Positions 12,722 to 25,808 of a stretch of 64,000 bases of DNA are shown piece after piece. This stretch comes from Octopus sinensis (Eukaryota), in the NCBI RefSeq assembly GCF_006345805.1, contig NC_042997.1, positions 195,424,001-195,488,000 of the forward strand. Direction: 5' to 3'. The first letter of the stretch is position 1. The number at the start of each line of letters is the position of its first letter. A program made the position numbers and the translations under genes. The notes under the pieces are model-generated. The model ran no database searches and was not told the DNA's origin. It worked only from the letters and a program-made list of their open reading frames with translations.

Positions 12722-13552
12722 GCACACACATACTCTCTCTCTCTCTCTCTCTCTCCTCATTTTCCTGTTTCTTTTTACAAGTGTCGGTGATCATAGCTCT
12801 TCATGCCAAAGCCCAAAGGTCCTTGATTTTTCTTAGCAAAGAACCTAGGGGAAAGATTCAGTAGTGGTTACCTGTCTCCTTTAGTCTGTATATTTAAGGT
12901 TTGTTTGTGCTAGTTCCCTCTGATCGTCTCCTGTTTTTCTGAGTTTACCCTTAATGCATAGGGTCTATTTCCTTTTTAGGCTGGGGGACAGTTCATATGA
13001 CATTAGGACACATCCACACACTAGTCTTTGTGTAACACATGCCTTGGGGCCAGCTCTCCTTTGTGACATATATCTTGGGGTTAGCTCCCTTTTGTGACAT
13101 ATTTTGGGGCCAGCCCTCCTCCAGGTCCTGTATGCCTTAACTACATGATTATCTTTTGCTATTTGACCCATAACTGGGGCCCTTTTCATGTACAGCCTCT
13201 CCCGGACCCGAACGGATTTTAATGGTGATTAAGCTATAATTCATTATTCCTCCAAATTCGAACTCTCGAGCTGGGGCCTCATCACCGGATGCAGTATCAT
13301 ACCTTGCCCAGAAGATATAATTTATTTTTGTTATTTTCAAATCGGGAGTTATCTCTCCTACATTTCTTGACCAGAATTAATTATTGTATTACAGCTATAT
13401 TCACTCCATTACAGTTATACAGTTCGGAATGAGGCAATTGGGCGCGGCTGTTTGACCATTGGCGATTTGGCACGGCTGGAAGTACATTCAGCCAGTTTTG
13501 GCAACAGTATGTTTTAACGATGGAGGCAAACACACGCATGCACATACACACA

Positions 13553-13583
<31 letters not shown>

Positions 13584-13833
13584 CACACACACACACACGC
13601 ACGCACACACACATACACACATACACACTCACACAAACATACATCCTGCCTTTTATATATACAGATTAAGGGATAATTCATTATTCCTCCAAACTCTACA
13701 CGCACGCACACACACACACACACACACACCACACACACACACACACACGCACACACAAACATACGCGCGCACACACATACATGCACGCGCATATATACAC
13801 GCATGCACGTGTAGAAGCACACACATCAACTAA

Positions 13834-13866
<33 letters not shown>

Positions 13867-13942
13867 CTGAGAGAGAGAGAGAGATGAAGAGAGATAGGGA
13901 GAGAGGGAGAGAGTGAGAGAGATGAAGAGAGAGAAAGCGCGC

Positions 13943-13992
<50 letters not shown>

Positions 13993-14407
13993 GCGAGAGA
14001 GAGAGAGAGAGAGAGAGAGAGTGAGAGATGGAGAGAGCAGCAGAGAACGAGAGAAGCATTAAAACTTCTGATGTCAAATAAATTAGCGTCGAATCTGCGA
14101 CGCCAAATAAGCGGCACCAAACGGCTGTTCTAAAGCATTTCATAGCCACAAAGTTAACGAATTAAAACTTCTTAACTCATTAGAATAAGTATGTTAACTT
14201 TCTCACTAGGGATATGCAGTTAATTAATTAAAATTTCTTAGCTCATTATATTATATATGTTAACTTCCTCACTACTGGCGTATGGTTAATTAATTAAAAC
14301 TGTTTAGCTGATTACGTTAAGTGTGTAACGGCTACCATTATACTAGAAGATGGAGGTAGATTGTTTCTTAATGGAACCACGTTCTTATCATTATGGTGAT
14401 GCTGTAG

Positions 14408-15195
14408 TGAAGGCGGCGAGCTTGGCAGAATCGTTAGCACGCCGGGCATAAAGCTTAGCGGTATTTCGTCTGCCGCTACGTTCTGAGTTCAAATTCCGCC
14501 GAGGTCGACTTTGCCTTTCATCCTTTCGTGATCGATAAATTAAGTACCAGTTACGCACTGGGGTCGATGTAATTGACTTAATCCGTTTGTCTGTCCTTGT
14601 TTGTCCCCTCTGTGTTTAGCCCCTTGTGGGTAGTAAAGAAATAGGTATTTCGTCTGCCGCTATGTTCTGAGTTCAAATTCCGCCGATGTCGACTTTGCCT
14701 TTCATCCTTTCGGGGTTGATTAAATACGTACCAGTTACGCACTCGGGTCGATATAATCGACTTAATCCGTTTGTCTGTTCTTGTTTGTCCTCTCTGTGTT
14801 TAGCCCCTTGTGGATAGAAAGGAAATAGGTATTTCGTCTACCGTTACGTTCTGAGGCCGACTTTGCTTTTCAATCCTTTTGGGGTCGATCAATTAAGTAG
14901 CATTTACGCACGGGGGTCGATGTAATCGACTTAATCCGTTTGTCTGTCCTTGTTTGTCCCTTCTATGTTTAGCTCCTTATGGGCAACAAAGAAATAAGAA
15001 TCGTTACCACGCCGGGCGAAATACTTAGCTGTATTTCGTCTTTCTTTACGTTCCGAGTTCAAATTCCGCCGAGGTCGACTTTGCCTTTCATCCTTTCGGG
15101 GTCGATAAATTAAGTACCAGTTGCGTACTGGGGTCGCTCTAATCAACTGGCCTCTTCCCACCAAATTTAAGGCCTTGTGCCTATGGTAAAAAAAG
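14408..15195 (+). mobile_element. SINE family B cluster with tandemly repeated bodies
   Basis: One head at 14408, then the body (gagttcaaattccgccgaggtcgactttgcctttcatcc...aagaaata) is repeated with restarts near 14640, 14823 and 14996. Confidence 0.85.
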
Positions 15196-15596
15196 CATTA
15201 TGTTGATGCTGTAGTTGTTGCATAATTGCAGGTCAGCTCCAACTGGAAAGACATAATATCGAAGGCGCTTCAAATATGACCATTCCAAACAAAATATATC
15301 CATAACTACATAATCCAACTGGTCCCTTGAAGTGTGAGTGAGGTTCAGCTGCGGTCTCTAGCAGATCCAGGTTATTTATTGGCTCGTCTTATCAGTGTGA
15401 CGTAGTACAATGTGTATAAACCTTGCATTTAATAACTTTTATTAGAAAAATATAATACCTCCTCCGCACCCCACCGCCTCTCTATAAACCTACGTACTAG
15501 ATATACAAGCATGTCAAGTTTAGTTACTCCTGTGCAGACTGAAGAAAAAATTATCAACAGCATTATTCGATTTTTGATCCTTATAGGGGTCTCATC

Positions 15597-16470
15597 CTGG
15601 GCCGGATTAAGACCCATCGAGGCCCTAAGCACTTAAAAGATTTTTGGTGCCCCTATAAAAAGTTATGTAATTCAAAATATAAACAGTAACAAGCCATAAA
15701 ATAAATTTTTGCTTTTCAAAACGAAACAAAACAGTAAGAGGGAAAATAATGTTTACTTTTGTATACTTCCACTTTTTTTTATATTTGAAAAGTTTTCTCC
15801 TACTTTTTTGAATTACAAAGTCTTTATCCAGTCTTCAAAATTAATCTTAAGTAGCACATCTGCATCTATACTTAGTAGAGATAACGGCATCCCGAATATT
15901 ATTTTAGCAAGTTTTAAGTGATTTTCTTTTGTGCTGCCAACAATTTACCATTTCTGTGGTTCCCCCCTCCTTCCCTTTGATGCTCTACACACATGCTTTT
16001 TGGCTTAATGGTTAATCCAGCACTGAAAGGAGAGGGGAAGGACAAGAAAAGTGTTATCGATCTGTGTATGTGTGTGTAAATTAGTAGCCTGGGGTCAGGG
16101 CTGGATTAAGTCCCATCGAGGCCCTCAGCACTTAAAAGATTTTAGTACCCCCATAAAAGATTATGTAATTCAAAATATAAACAAACAAAATATAAACAAT
16201 AACAAACAAGACAAAACAAAACAGTGTGAGGGGATATAAAGTTCAGTTTTGTATACTTCCATTTTATTTATATTTGAGAAGTTCCCTCCTATTTTTTTAA
16301 ATTGCAAAATTTTTGGTCAGATCCTCAAAATTAATCTTAGGTAACACATCTGCATCTATACTTAGTAGAGATAAAGGCATTCCAAATATTATTTTAGCAA
16401 GTTTAAAGTGATTTCTTTTGTGCTGTCAACCATTTACCATTTCTGTGGTGCCCCCCTCCTTCCCTTGATG
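15597..16470. mobile_element. Two adjacent copies of a hAT-like MITE (CAGGGCCGGATTAA-type ends)
   Basis: Copy 1 spans 15597-16025 with the right end ttaatccagcactg. Copy 2 starts cagggctggattaag at 16096 with a matching interior. No TSD was found. Confidence 0.5.
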
Positions 16471-17437
16471 CCATTTATTCTGTTTTCACTCTCGTAATTC
16501 TATCTCTTTGTATTTTCCAGTTTCTATATTTGCCTAACGACATTTTCTTTAAGTGAAAATCTTTGACAATGATATTTCGTTTTTGTATCCATGACGTGAA
16601 CTTGTGTGTTGAAACAGATTTACTTATATGTCGAGAGGATCATCTTGCCAATGATAGAACAGAAGCAGATCTGGAGTTGAGAGGTCATGTCATTGATGGG
16701 ATCGTGAATGGCAACGAAAGGACTTTGGTAAATCTAGCTGATTGATTGACCGAACGGATTAATCAAACAATCGATTAAAATATTAAGTAATTGTCTAATA
16801 ATGATAAAAGAAGTGAAATAAAACCAGTGCGTGAGCTCATTATTAGCAGAACGACCCTCCCAAGATAGAATAACCTTTGACCATAACAATACAACATGTG
16901 TGGATTGGCATATCCTAGAATTTTCTTGTAGCATAAGTCTGAGATTCTTTGTTGTGTATCATGATTTATTTGTGTCTAATTCTAACATAATCCTAACAGA
17001 GATTCCATTGAACGAATCTTTCAAACCTGACATGTATATATTTACTCCGTTGTCGCCATAATGTGTTTCCTTTCTTCACATCTGTCACACATTCCGCCAT
17101 TACTTTTGACTGGTACTTTATTTTATCGACCTCGAAAGGATGAAAAACAAAGTCGACCACGGAATTTGAACTCAGAATATAAAGAAGCGGAGGAAATGCT
17201 GATAAGCTGTTAGTCCGACGCGCTAACGATTTGCCGGATCGGTATCTTTTAGTTATATAAAAGTTTATATGCATTGCTGGAAAATTATGAAGGTTTTGTA
17301 GTTTTTGTACATTAAGGGGTTAAAGTTAATTTAGAGAGAGAAAAAAGTGAACAGTATCGCTTGTATATCACATTGCAGTTTAATAAACAAACGTACCACT
17401 ATTAAAAAAAAAAGAAACAAAAAATAACAGGAAGGCC

Positions 17438-17461
17438 TGCCGTGACTAGGATTCGAACCTG
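17438..17461 (-). pseudogene. tRNA-His 3' fragment (T arm and acceptor 3' side) in a local duplication
   Basis: tgccgtgactaggattcgaacctg; the flank duplicates that of the intact copy at 17631. Confidence 0.75.
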
Positions 17462-17630
17462 TGAAGGCACAGTAGTAGTATTAGTACATTAAGGGGTATA
17501 AAGTTAATTTACAAAAAAAAAAAATGTGACACAAATAACTTTTGCAGTATCTCTTGTATATCACATTGCAACTTAATAAACAAATGTACAGCTCTTAAAA
17601 AGAATAATATTAAAAAAATAACGGAAGGCC

Positions 17631-17702
17631 TGCCGTGACCAGGATTCGAACCTGGGTTACCACGGCCACAACGTGGGGTCCTAACCACTAGACGATCACG
17701 GC
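17631..17702 (-). tRNA. tRNA-His(GUG), consensus sequence, isolated copy
   Basis: GCCGTGATCGTCTAGTGGTTAGGACCCCACGTTGTGGCCGTGGTAACCCAGGTTCGAATCCTGGTCACGGCA. Acceptor GCCGTGA/TCACGGC, anticodon stem CCACG/CGTGG, loop TT-GTG-GC, intact A and B boxes, T-run downstream. Confidence 0.97.
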
Positions 17703-18603
17703 TACTAGGCCAACCGGCAATGACACTCTGAATTAACCCATATCTAGGAAGCGTAAACTACTGTCAGTTCAGCGTTTGTTTGTTCCGCTTCTGTTTGACA
17801 ACTTCGTAAGTTTTCTCGTAATTGCTATGAAAATTGTTTGTTTTACTAAAGACAAAAGACAGAAATATTTCACACACAACCTGCTCTCTCGAACAAAGAA
17901 AGGTCAATACAGGACAGGCAGATTTACTTTAATCATACCTAAGGACACAGATTGGGATAAATTCTCACGAATATTTTTTTTTCTGTCTCACGATCATCTA
18001 GTTTTTTTCTTTTAAGGTGATGTGTATCAAGGACTACATTTATTTTAGATACAAACGTCGCCTTGAAAAATTTTAGACAATACGGTTTAGTTTAAAGAAG
18101 ATTTCGCCACTATTTCTAGCAGTTCGCGCATCCACGTGGGAACTCACATCTGATCGGCAAATAAGGAGAATATTATAATTAGCCAATTACTTCTATCGTT
18201 ATTTATCAGCTAGTTTCAAAGCTTTTAGAAAAATTTTAAATGTTATTTCTAACTTTACGTTGAAGTCATAAATATTTTATGTTAACATTAAAGCGATTTT
18301 ATAGCGAAATATATAGCTGTTTACGTCTTTTAATTTCATTTAATCAAGAAGTGTGATGGACATTTCGAAAGCAATACTATTATCGCTATATCAATATCAT
18401 TATACGAATCAAAATATATTTTTATTTTGATACATTTACCAAGAGTTTATTTATAAAGGGTCAAGTATTTATTATATACATAACAAACAATAAATTATAT
18501 CATGAAAAATGAAAATAAACAAAAGCTGTTAAAGGGAAATAACTCGTAATTTACTATTTATCTATTATTTCCCCTGAAAATATAAAACTTTTAATTGTCC
18601 TAC

Positions 18604-18824
18604 CTCTTTACTCTCTTTTACTCTTTTACTTGTTTCAGTCATTTTGACTGTGGCCATGCTGGAGCACAACCTTTAGTCGAGCAAATCGACTCCAGGACTT
18701 ATTCTTGGGAAGCCTAGTACTTATTCTATCGGTTTTTGCCGAACCGCTAAGTTACGGGTACGTAAACACACCAGCATCGGTTGTCAAGCGATGTTAGGAG
18801 ACAAACACAGACACACAAACAAAC

Positions 18825-18871
<47 letters not shown>

Positions 18872-19048
18872 CATATACATATATACGATGGGCTTCTTTC
18901 AGTTTCCGTCTACCAAATCCACTCACAAGGCTTTGGTCGGCCCGAGGCTATAGTAGAAGACACTTGCTCAAGGTGCCATGCAGTGGGACTGAACCCGGAA
19001 CCATGTGGTTGGTAAGCAAGCTACTTACCACACAGCCACTCCTGCGCC
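18604..19048 (-). mobile_element. SINE family A, full length
   Basis: Reverse complement of the 7528-7910 type. Confidence 0.85.
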
Positions 19049-19507
19049 TACATAAAAGTTTTACCACGAAGTTCCTGAATTTGGATTACCGTATTTTAAC
19101 GTGTATAAGGAACCCTCGTATATGAGGAACCCACTAATTTGGGGGGCTTAAAATTTGGAAAAAGGTTTTGTAAGGGATTATCATATTATCCATGTATAAA
19201 AAAACTCCCCTATTTTAAAACCTACTTTTTGACAAAAAATAGGTTCCTTTATACAACGTTAAAATACAGTACAGCATGTTTTAGCTTGGGGTTACCACTA
19301 TAACGAAGTATTGAGTGAATGAGGAAGTGTTGAAATGAAATACATATGACTTGAGGATGGAAATGAACTGGTAAGCGATGATTTATTTTCCGTTATAAAA
19401 TACAATGATTGCCATACAGGAAATAAAATAACATAACAGGTTACAACAAAGATGTGTGAGAGACTTCGTGGTTAGGCTGGATTGTTGATAAAGTTGACGT
19501 ACTGTTT

Positions 19508-19922
19508 GGTGGTGGCAGAATCGTTAGCACGCCGGGCGAAATGCTTAGCGGTATTTCGTCTGCCATTACGTTCTAAGTTCAAATTCCGCCGAGGTCGACT
19601 TTGCCTTTCATCCTTTCGGGGTTGATAAATTAAGTACCAGTTACGCACTGGGGTCGATATAAATCGACTTAATCCGTCTGTCTGTCCTTGTTTGTCTCCT
19701 CTGTGTTTACCCCCTTGTGGGTAGTAAAGAAATAGGTATTTCGTCTGCCGTTACGTTCTGAGTTCAAATTTCGCGAGGTCGACTTTGCCTTTCATCCTTT
19801 CGGGGTCGATAAATTAAGTACCAGTTACACACTGGGGTCGATATAAATCGACTTAATCCGTCTGTCTGTCCTTGCTTGTCTCCTCTGTGTTTAGCCCCTT
19901 GTGGGTAGTAAAGAAATAGGTA
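19508..19922 (+). mobile_element. SINE family B with duplicated body
   Basis: Head at ~19510, body repeated from ~19735. Confidence 0.85.
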
Positions 19923-20695
19923 TGTAAAGGCAGCTGTTGGTCTGTTGGTCGTGTGATGTACATACAGCAACGATGTAGGCAGGCGTCTAGTGGAGATGAA
20001 AGCTGAGACTGGCTGGTGTCTGATACATCTTTGTCAGAGAAGAGTCGCATGCGGTCAGTGGCGTGTGCCAAAGACATAGAACAGTCAGGAACTGCGTTTC
20101 TTATAGAGATTCGTGGGCTCTCAGGAGAGATGAAAGTTTTTCCGCCAAGAGCACACGTGATCCATTTTAGCGCATTTGATTAGTTGACCGTGTAATTTGG
20201 CAGAGTTGTTTAAGGGGCCATTTGCACCAAAAAACTAACCATTCAGAACAATGGTTACAACCTGGTCTTTATAGCTAAGTATTTTCTGCTACGTCCAAAC
20301 AACAACTATAAATCAAAGGGAGAGAGAAGGATTTGCTTTCCTTTATTTTATCAATCCGTTCTGTTACAATGGTAATCTATGGAGTGAAAAGGAATCTGAA
20401 CCTTCTAAATAACCGATTCAAAATATCTGCTGTTCTTTCTACCCCCTCTGACATACAAAATTATCTAAATACATTGACTTAGCTATCTTTTATCCTCCAT
20501 CTTTTACTTGTTTCAGACATTAGACTGCGGCCATACTGGGACTCCGCCTTGATGAATTTTTAGTCCAATGTAACGACTCCAGGACTTATGTTTTTTTCTA
20601 AAGCCCAGTACTTATTCTGCCGGTCGCTTTTGCCGAGCCGTTAGGTTACGGTGACGTAAAGTCACCAACACCGGTTGTCAAGTGGTGGTGGGGTA

Positions 20696-20730
<35 letters not shown>

Positions 20731-20883
20731 ATGAACTCGCATGTGTGCATATACATGCACACACACGCGCATATATATGCATACACATATATGCATGATT
20801 GTATGTATGTATGTGTATGTGTATGTCTATGTGCGCGCGCGCGTGTTTGTATAGGTGCTTCCCAACCACATGGTTCCGGATCC

Positions 20884-21112
20884 AGGCGAGCTGGCAGAAA
20901 CGTTAGCGTGCTGGGCGAAATGCTTAGCGGTATTTCGTCTGGCGCAACGTTGTGAGTTCAAATTCCGCCGAGGTCGACTTTGCCTTTCATCCTTTCGGGG
21001 TCGATAAATTAAGTACCAGTTACGCACTGGGGTCGATGTAATCGACTTAATACCTATGTCTGTCCTTGTTTGTCCCCTCTATGTTTAGCCCCTTGTGGGT
21101 AAAAAAGAAATA
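20884..21112 (+). mobile_element. SINE family B nested in a SINE family A head, 12-bp TSD
   Basis: ggttccggatcc at 20872-20883 and 21113-21124 flanks the insert; the SINE A head resumes afterwards. Confidence 0.85.
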
Positions 21113-21224
21113 GGTTCCGGATCCTGTTCCACTGCGTGGCACCTTGGGCAAATGTCTTCGACTAAAGCCTCGGGCTAACCAAAGCATTGTGAGTGGATTT
21201 GGTAGGCGGAAACTAAAAAAAGAG

Positions 21225-21948
21225 TATATTCGGCATATTCTCCGTTCAATAAAAGCAACCACGCAACGGAAAGTGCAAGCAATATTAATGCAATATATGG
21301 GGATTGGACAATAAGCATAAGCCAGTGTCACCGGTGGTTCCAGAAATTCCCAGCCGAACACATCAGCCTAGAAGACGAGCCTCGTCCTGGATGATCTGTA
21401 GAGCTCGACGAAGACGTCCTGCAAACCCTGGTGAAACAAAATCCCATCGCAACTGTTGAGGAACTAGCTGAAAAGCTTCGATTTGGTCATTGAATCAGTC
21501 ATTCAAATCAGCGCTAGAAGAAAAAATGACCATATTTAGTTTCAAGACGAAAAGTGTTCTTCCATCAGGATAATGCTTGGTCACATACAGAGAAGATGAC
21601 ATTACAAAGGCTGGAGTAGTTTGAATGGGAAACGATGTCCAACTCACCACATTCGCCGGACATTGCTCCATCTGGTTATCATTTATATTTTGCAATCTTC
21701 AAAATCATTTTGACGGAAAAAAATATGAATTCCGTAGACGAGGTCAGAACAGTGCTGGAGGAGTATTTTTCGTCACAGACAAGTGAATTTTGGAAGAGGA
21801 GACTTGCAAATCTACCAGATAGATGGAAGAGCATTTTAGAAAATGAAGGAGAGTATATTTTAGATTTAAAAAAAGAACTTTGTTTATTTTAATTCTGAAA
21901 AATGAAAGAAGTATAAAAAGACTGCATTATTTATGGGATGACCCAATA
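21225..21948 (+). mobile_element. Internally deleted mariner element
   Basis: N-terminal HTH-like 'QCHRWFQKF...LEDEPRPG', C-terminal 'PHSPDIAPSGYHL...FWKR..NLPDRWKSILENEGEYI' (ORF 21635-21892), right TIR ...ttatgggatgacccaata followed by TA. Confidence 0.9.
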
Positions 21949-21959
21949 TATAAAAAGGT

Positions 21960-22062
21960 GTATACAGCTATATCACGTTGAAAGCACCGGTTCTCGTCTG
22001 ATCAACGTCGAACCTGGTTAGTACTTAGATGGGTGACCGCATGGGAAACCTAGGTGTTGTAA
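21960..22062 (+). pseudogene. 5S rRNA pseudogene with internal deletion
   Basis: cacgttgaaagcaccggttctcgtctgatca|acgtcgaacctggttagtacttagatgggtgaccgcatgggaa...ggtgttgta matches invertebrate 5S rRNA with the ~13-nt CCGAAGTTAAGCA (box A) segment missing. Confidence 0.85.
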
Positions 22063-22096
22063 ATATGCACGTGTGTGTGTGTACGTGTATGTGTAT

Positions 22097-22340
22097 GCAG
22101 GAGTGGCTGTGTGGTAAGTAGCTTGTTTACCAACCACATGGTTCCGGGTTCAGTCCCACTGCGTGGCACCTTGGGCAAGTGTCTTCTACTATATCCCCGG
22201 GCCGACCAAAGCCTTGTGAGTGGATTTGGTAGACGGAAACTGAAAAGAAGCCCGTCGTATATATGTATATATATATGTGTGTATGCGTGTATGTTTGTGT
22301 GCCTGTGTTTGTCCCCCTAGCATTGCTTGACAACCGATGG
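22097..22340 (+). mobile_element. SINE family A, 3'-truncated
   Basis: Head and body match the 7528 copy. Confidence 0.85.
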
Positions 22341-22748
22341 TGCTCCACATAAAAGAATAAAAGAAAGTCAATACTGCGTTTTATCTTTCTGTGTTAGCAG
22401 TGCGATTCAATTACTTTTAAGTTATTTCCACAGATATTCTCTAGAATTTAAAGTCAGCGCTAAAAGTTAAGACGTTTCGTATACAAATACGTCTACGTAA
22501 ACAATCATAGGTCTGCTCGATTAGCATTAATCAAGGGACGAAAAGACAACCTCTTATTGTCTGACATACCTCGTATTTGTCTTTTATGAAGAAAAAAAAA
22601 AGAAAAAGAAAAAAAATCTTCTCCAAACCCAACAAAAATAATCTTCAGAGAAACTAGGAAACTGGAGTCAATAAAAGAAACAAAGAACTTAAACCGATAT
22701 CGCTGCGATATCACATTGTAGATTACAAAAAAAAAAAAAAAAGTGACG

Positions 22749-22820
22749 TGCCGTGACCAGGATTCGAACCTGGGTTACCACGGCCACAACGTGGGGTCCT
22801 AACCACTAGACGATCACGGC
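22749..22820 (-). tRNA. tRNA-His(GUG), consensus; left member of divergent pair 1
   Basis: Identical to the consensus; long T-run (A16 at 22727-22742 on the plus strand) just downstream. Confidence 0.97.
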
Positions 22821-22913
22821 TAACACGCCTGCTTATAAACCAAGTTTTATATTACATATATCTAGAAGAAACAAGACAATTAACTAACCTAACAAAAGTT
22901 AAGTAATGCTTAT

Positions 22914-22921
22914 TCTAGATA
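22914..22921 (+). promoter_or_regulatory. Candidate upstream element TCTAGATA at -46..-39 of tRNA-His (representative instance)
   Basis: Same motif at the same offset before copies at 17702(-, TCCTAGATA variant), 22820(-), 30696, 39170, 51063, 52902 and 53646; variants before 25130(-), 31912 and 33928. Function is inferred. Confidence 0.5.
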
Positions 22922-22959
22922 TACATAATTTAAAGCCCAACAAACCAGCAGATCTGTTA

Positions 22960-23031
22960 GCCGTGATCGTCTAGTGGTTAGGACCCCACGTTGTGGCCGT
23001 GGTAACCCAGGTTCGAATCCTGGTCACGGCA
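22960..23031 (+). tRNA. tRNA-His(GUG), consensus; right member of divergent pair 1
   Basis: Identical to the consensus; T10 at 23044-23053. Confidence 0.97.
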
Positions 23032-23043
23032 GCTCAGCTTCTC

Positions 23044-23053
23044 TTTTTTTTTT
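23044..23053 (+). terminator. Pol III oligo-T terminator (representative; T-runs follow most copies)
   Basis: T10 starting 13 nt after the tRNA; array copies typically have T5 about 16 nt downstream. Confidence 0.8.
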
Positions 23054-23515
23054 CGTTCATTTTTTCCACTTATTTATTGATATTCTTAATTTACTGCAAT
23101 GTGATATCACAGCGACACCTTGTTCAAGTTGTTTGTTTTATAATTTTAGTGTTCAAAGTTTTTCTAGTCGCGATCATGTCTCTGCTTTTGCAGTGTGGGC
23201 CGGAATATAGAGTTGTTGACAAATTGCTTTGTTTTTGATTTCTCCAAGAATTCTTCACGATGGGAAGTAATCGTATCTCTAACAATTTTAGGCATTCCAA
23301 TGCAGTAATTAACTGTTCACGCCCTGTAAACAAACTAATGGCTTTGAGACAACGTGGCTTTGGTTTTCAATCTCACTGCGCGTTACTTTCGGCAAATGGC
23401 TTCTACAATAGTCCCGAACACGAAATTTTTTTTGCACGAGAGTTCCGGACCCCAGTTATGAACTCATTTGCATACAGCCAATCAGAGCTCAACTATCAAA
23501 CTAGTGTCCACCAAT

Positions 23516-23668
23516 TCTTCTTCTTCTTCTTCTTCTTCTTCTCCCCCTCCCCTCCTCCTCCTCCTCCTCTTCCTCCTCCTCCTCCTCCTCCTCCTTCTTC
23601 TTCTTCTTCTTCTTCTTCTTCTTCTTCTTCTTCTTCTTCTTCTTCTTCTTCTTCTTCTTCTTCTTCTC
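23516..23668. repeat. (TTC)n/(CCT)n compound microsatellite
   Basis: Directly visible; source of the poly-R/S/L pseudo-ORFs. Confidence 0.95.
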
Positions 23669-25058
23669 ATTCAGGACACTGCCTGGACTCGAACTCGGAA
23701 TCTTGGGGGTTGGTAGTCCGCGCTCTTAAGATGAAAAAGTCAGAAAGTCTGAAACCGGTACTAAAATGTTTTTTATGATAATTATTTTTATCTTGTCCTA
23801 TTTTCCTTATACATATCCACTCGTGTGTTGCTTTTCAACCTTATACACTCCACCCTCACACATTTTTATTCTTTTACTTGTTTCAGGCATTTGACTGCGG
23901 CCATGCTGGAGTACCACCTTTAGTCGTCCTCAGGTCATATTCTTTGTAAGCTTAGTACTTATTCTATCGGACTCAAGGAGGTCTATATAACATCCTTGGT
24001 TTGTAGAAATGTATACAGTAACGTCCTTTATTATTAATGTACATATAACATAATGCAAACGTGTAGCTTTTTTGTGCATTTTGTTTGCAGAAAATAAGGA
24101 ACTAACAGTAATAAAGTTTAATAAATGTTGCTTACTGCAAGTTATGGATGATTCTTTTATGACTTCATTGCTTTCAGGCTTAGCATAAGGTATTTTCGCG
24201 CCGGACATCGCAAAATACGTCTGAATAAACATTGCCAGACAGCAAATAGAAACTCGGACATTGCTTAGAAAATAATTTCCATTTTTAACCTCGTATATAG
24301 TAAGCACTAGGGATTTTGGCCTTTAAATTTTGGGGAAAAAATGCGCATTATACTCGAGGATTTACGGTATACATATTTCGGGGGTGATTGCTCCTTCTTC
24401 GAACGCATTGTCTATATATACGTATATATACTTTTGTCTATATATACTTTTGGTGCTGGATCTAAATTCAATAGAATATCTACAGAGATAATTATACATC
24501 AAAACAAAATACTGACGCTCACGACTCCCATCATAGGTCTGCTCGAGTAGCGTTGATCAAGGGACGAAAAGACAACCTCTTATTGTCTGACAAACCTCGT
24601 ATTTGTCTTTTATGAAGAAAATATAAAAAAAAGAAGAAATAAAATACATTCGGCATTTTTTCGATATAACTCGACAAAATCAAAGCATTTCACTTCGGGT
24701 ATTTCCGTGGATGCAAATGACAGTTCGATTCTGTTTTCTTCTTGGAAATTTGCGGATTTTACATACACACATGAAACAGGTAAGAACAAATATGCAAGGC
24801 TTTTCTTCTTCAAGTTTAAAATGAGACATTGCTGGCATAATTTCGTTATATCTATACTCCACAACCCACGGAAATACTCGAAGTGAAATCTTGTCGGGTT
24901 ATATCGAAGGAATGCCAAATATTCTCCAAACCCAACGAAAGCAATCTTGCAATCTTAAGAGAAACTAGGAAACTGGAGTGAATAAAAGAAATAAAGAACT
25001 TAAACCGATATCGCTGCGATATCACATTGTAGATTACTAAAAAAAAAAAAAAGTGACG

Positions 25059-25130
25059 TGCCGTGACCAGGATTCGAACCTGGGTTACCACGGCCACAAC
25101 GTGGGGTCCTAACCACTAGACGATCACGGC
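25059..25130 (-). tRNA. tRNA-His(GUG), consensus; left member of divergent pair 2
   Basis: Identical to the consensus; poly-T downstream. Confidence 0.97.
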
Positions 25131-25273
25131 TAACACGCCTGCTTGTGAAGCAGGTTTTATATTACGTATATCTAAAAGAAACAAGACAATTAACTAACCT
25201 AGTAAAAGTTAATTAGTTTGTTTGTTCTAGACATACATAATTTAAAGACTAACGTAGCAGCGGAGATCTGTTA

Positions 25274-25345
25274 GCCGTGATCGTCTAGTGGTTAGGACCC
25301 CACGTTGTGGCCGTGGTAACCCAGGTTCGAATCCTGGTCACGGCA
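25274..25345 (+). tRNA. tRNA-His(GUG), consensus; right member of divergent pair 2
   Basis: Identical to the consensus; T7 run downstream. Confidence 0.97.
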
Positions 25346-25806
25346 GCTCCGTTTCTCTTATTTCTTTTTTTGTACATTTTCCCCCCTCTTTTATTGATTT
25401 TCTTAATTTACTGCAATGTGATATCACAGCGATACCTGTTCAAGTTGTTTGTATTACTTTTATATATAATTTTAGAGTTCAAAGTTTTTCTAGTCGCGAT
25501 CATGACTCTGCTTTTGCTGTGTGGGCCGGAATATAGCGTTGTTGACAAATTACTTTGTTTTTGATTTCTCCAGGAAATTGTTTCTTCACGTTGGGAAGTA
25601 ATCTTATCTCTAACAACGTTAGGTATTCCAATGCAGTAATTAACAGTTCACGCCCTGTAAACACACTAATGGCTTGGCGACCACGTGGTTTCGGTTTTCA
25701 GTCTCACTGCGAAATGCCTTCTACAATAGTCTCGGACACGAAAGTTTTTTTCCCACGAGAGTTCCAGACCCCAGTTATGCACTCATTTGCATACAGCCAA
25801 TCAGAG

Positions 25807-25808
<2 letters not shown>

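Noticed and set aside
12780-13520. GC-richer stretch with short internal repeats, possibly a DNA transposon
   Set aside because: I could not identify matching TIRs, a TSD or a coding remnant by eye.
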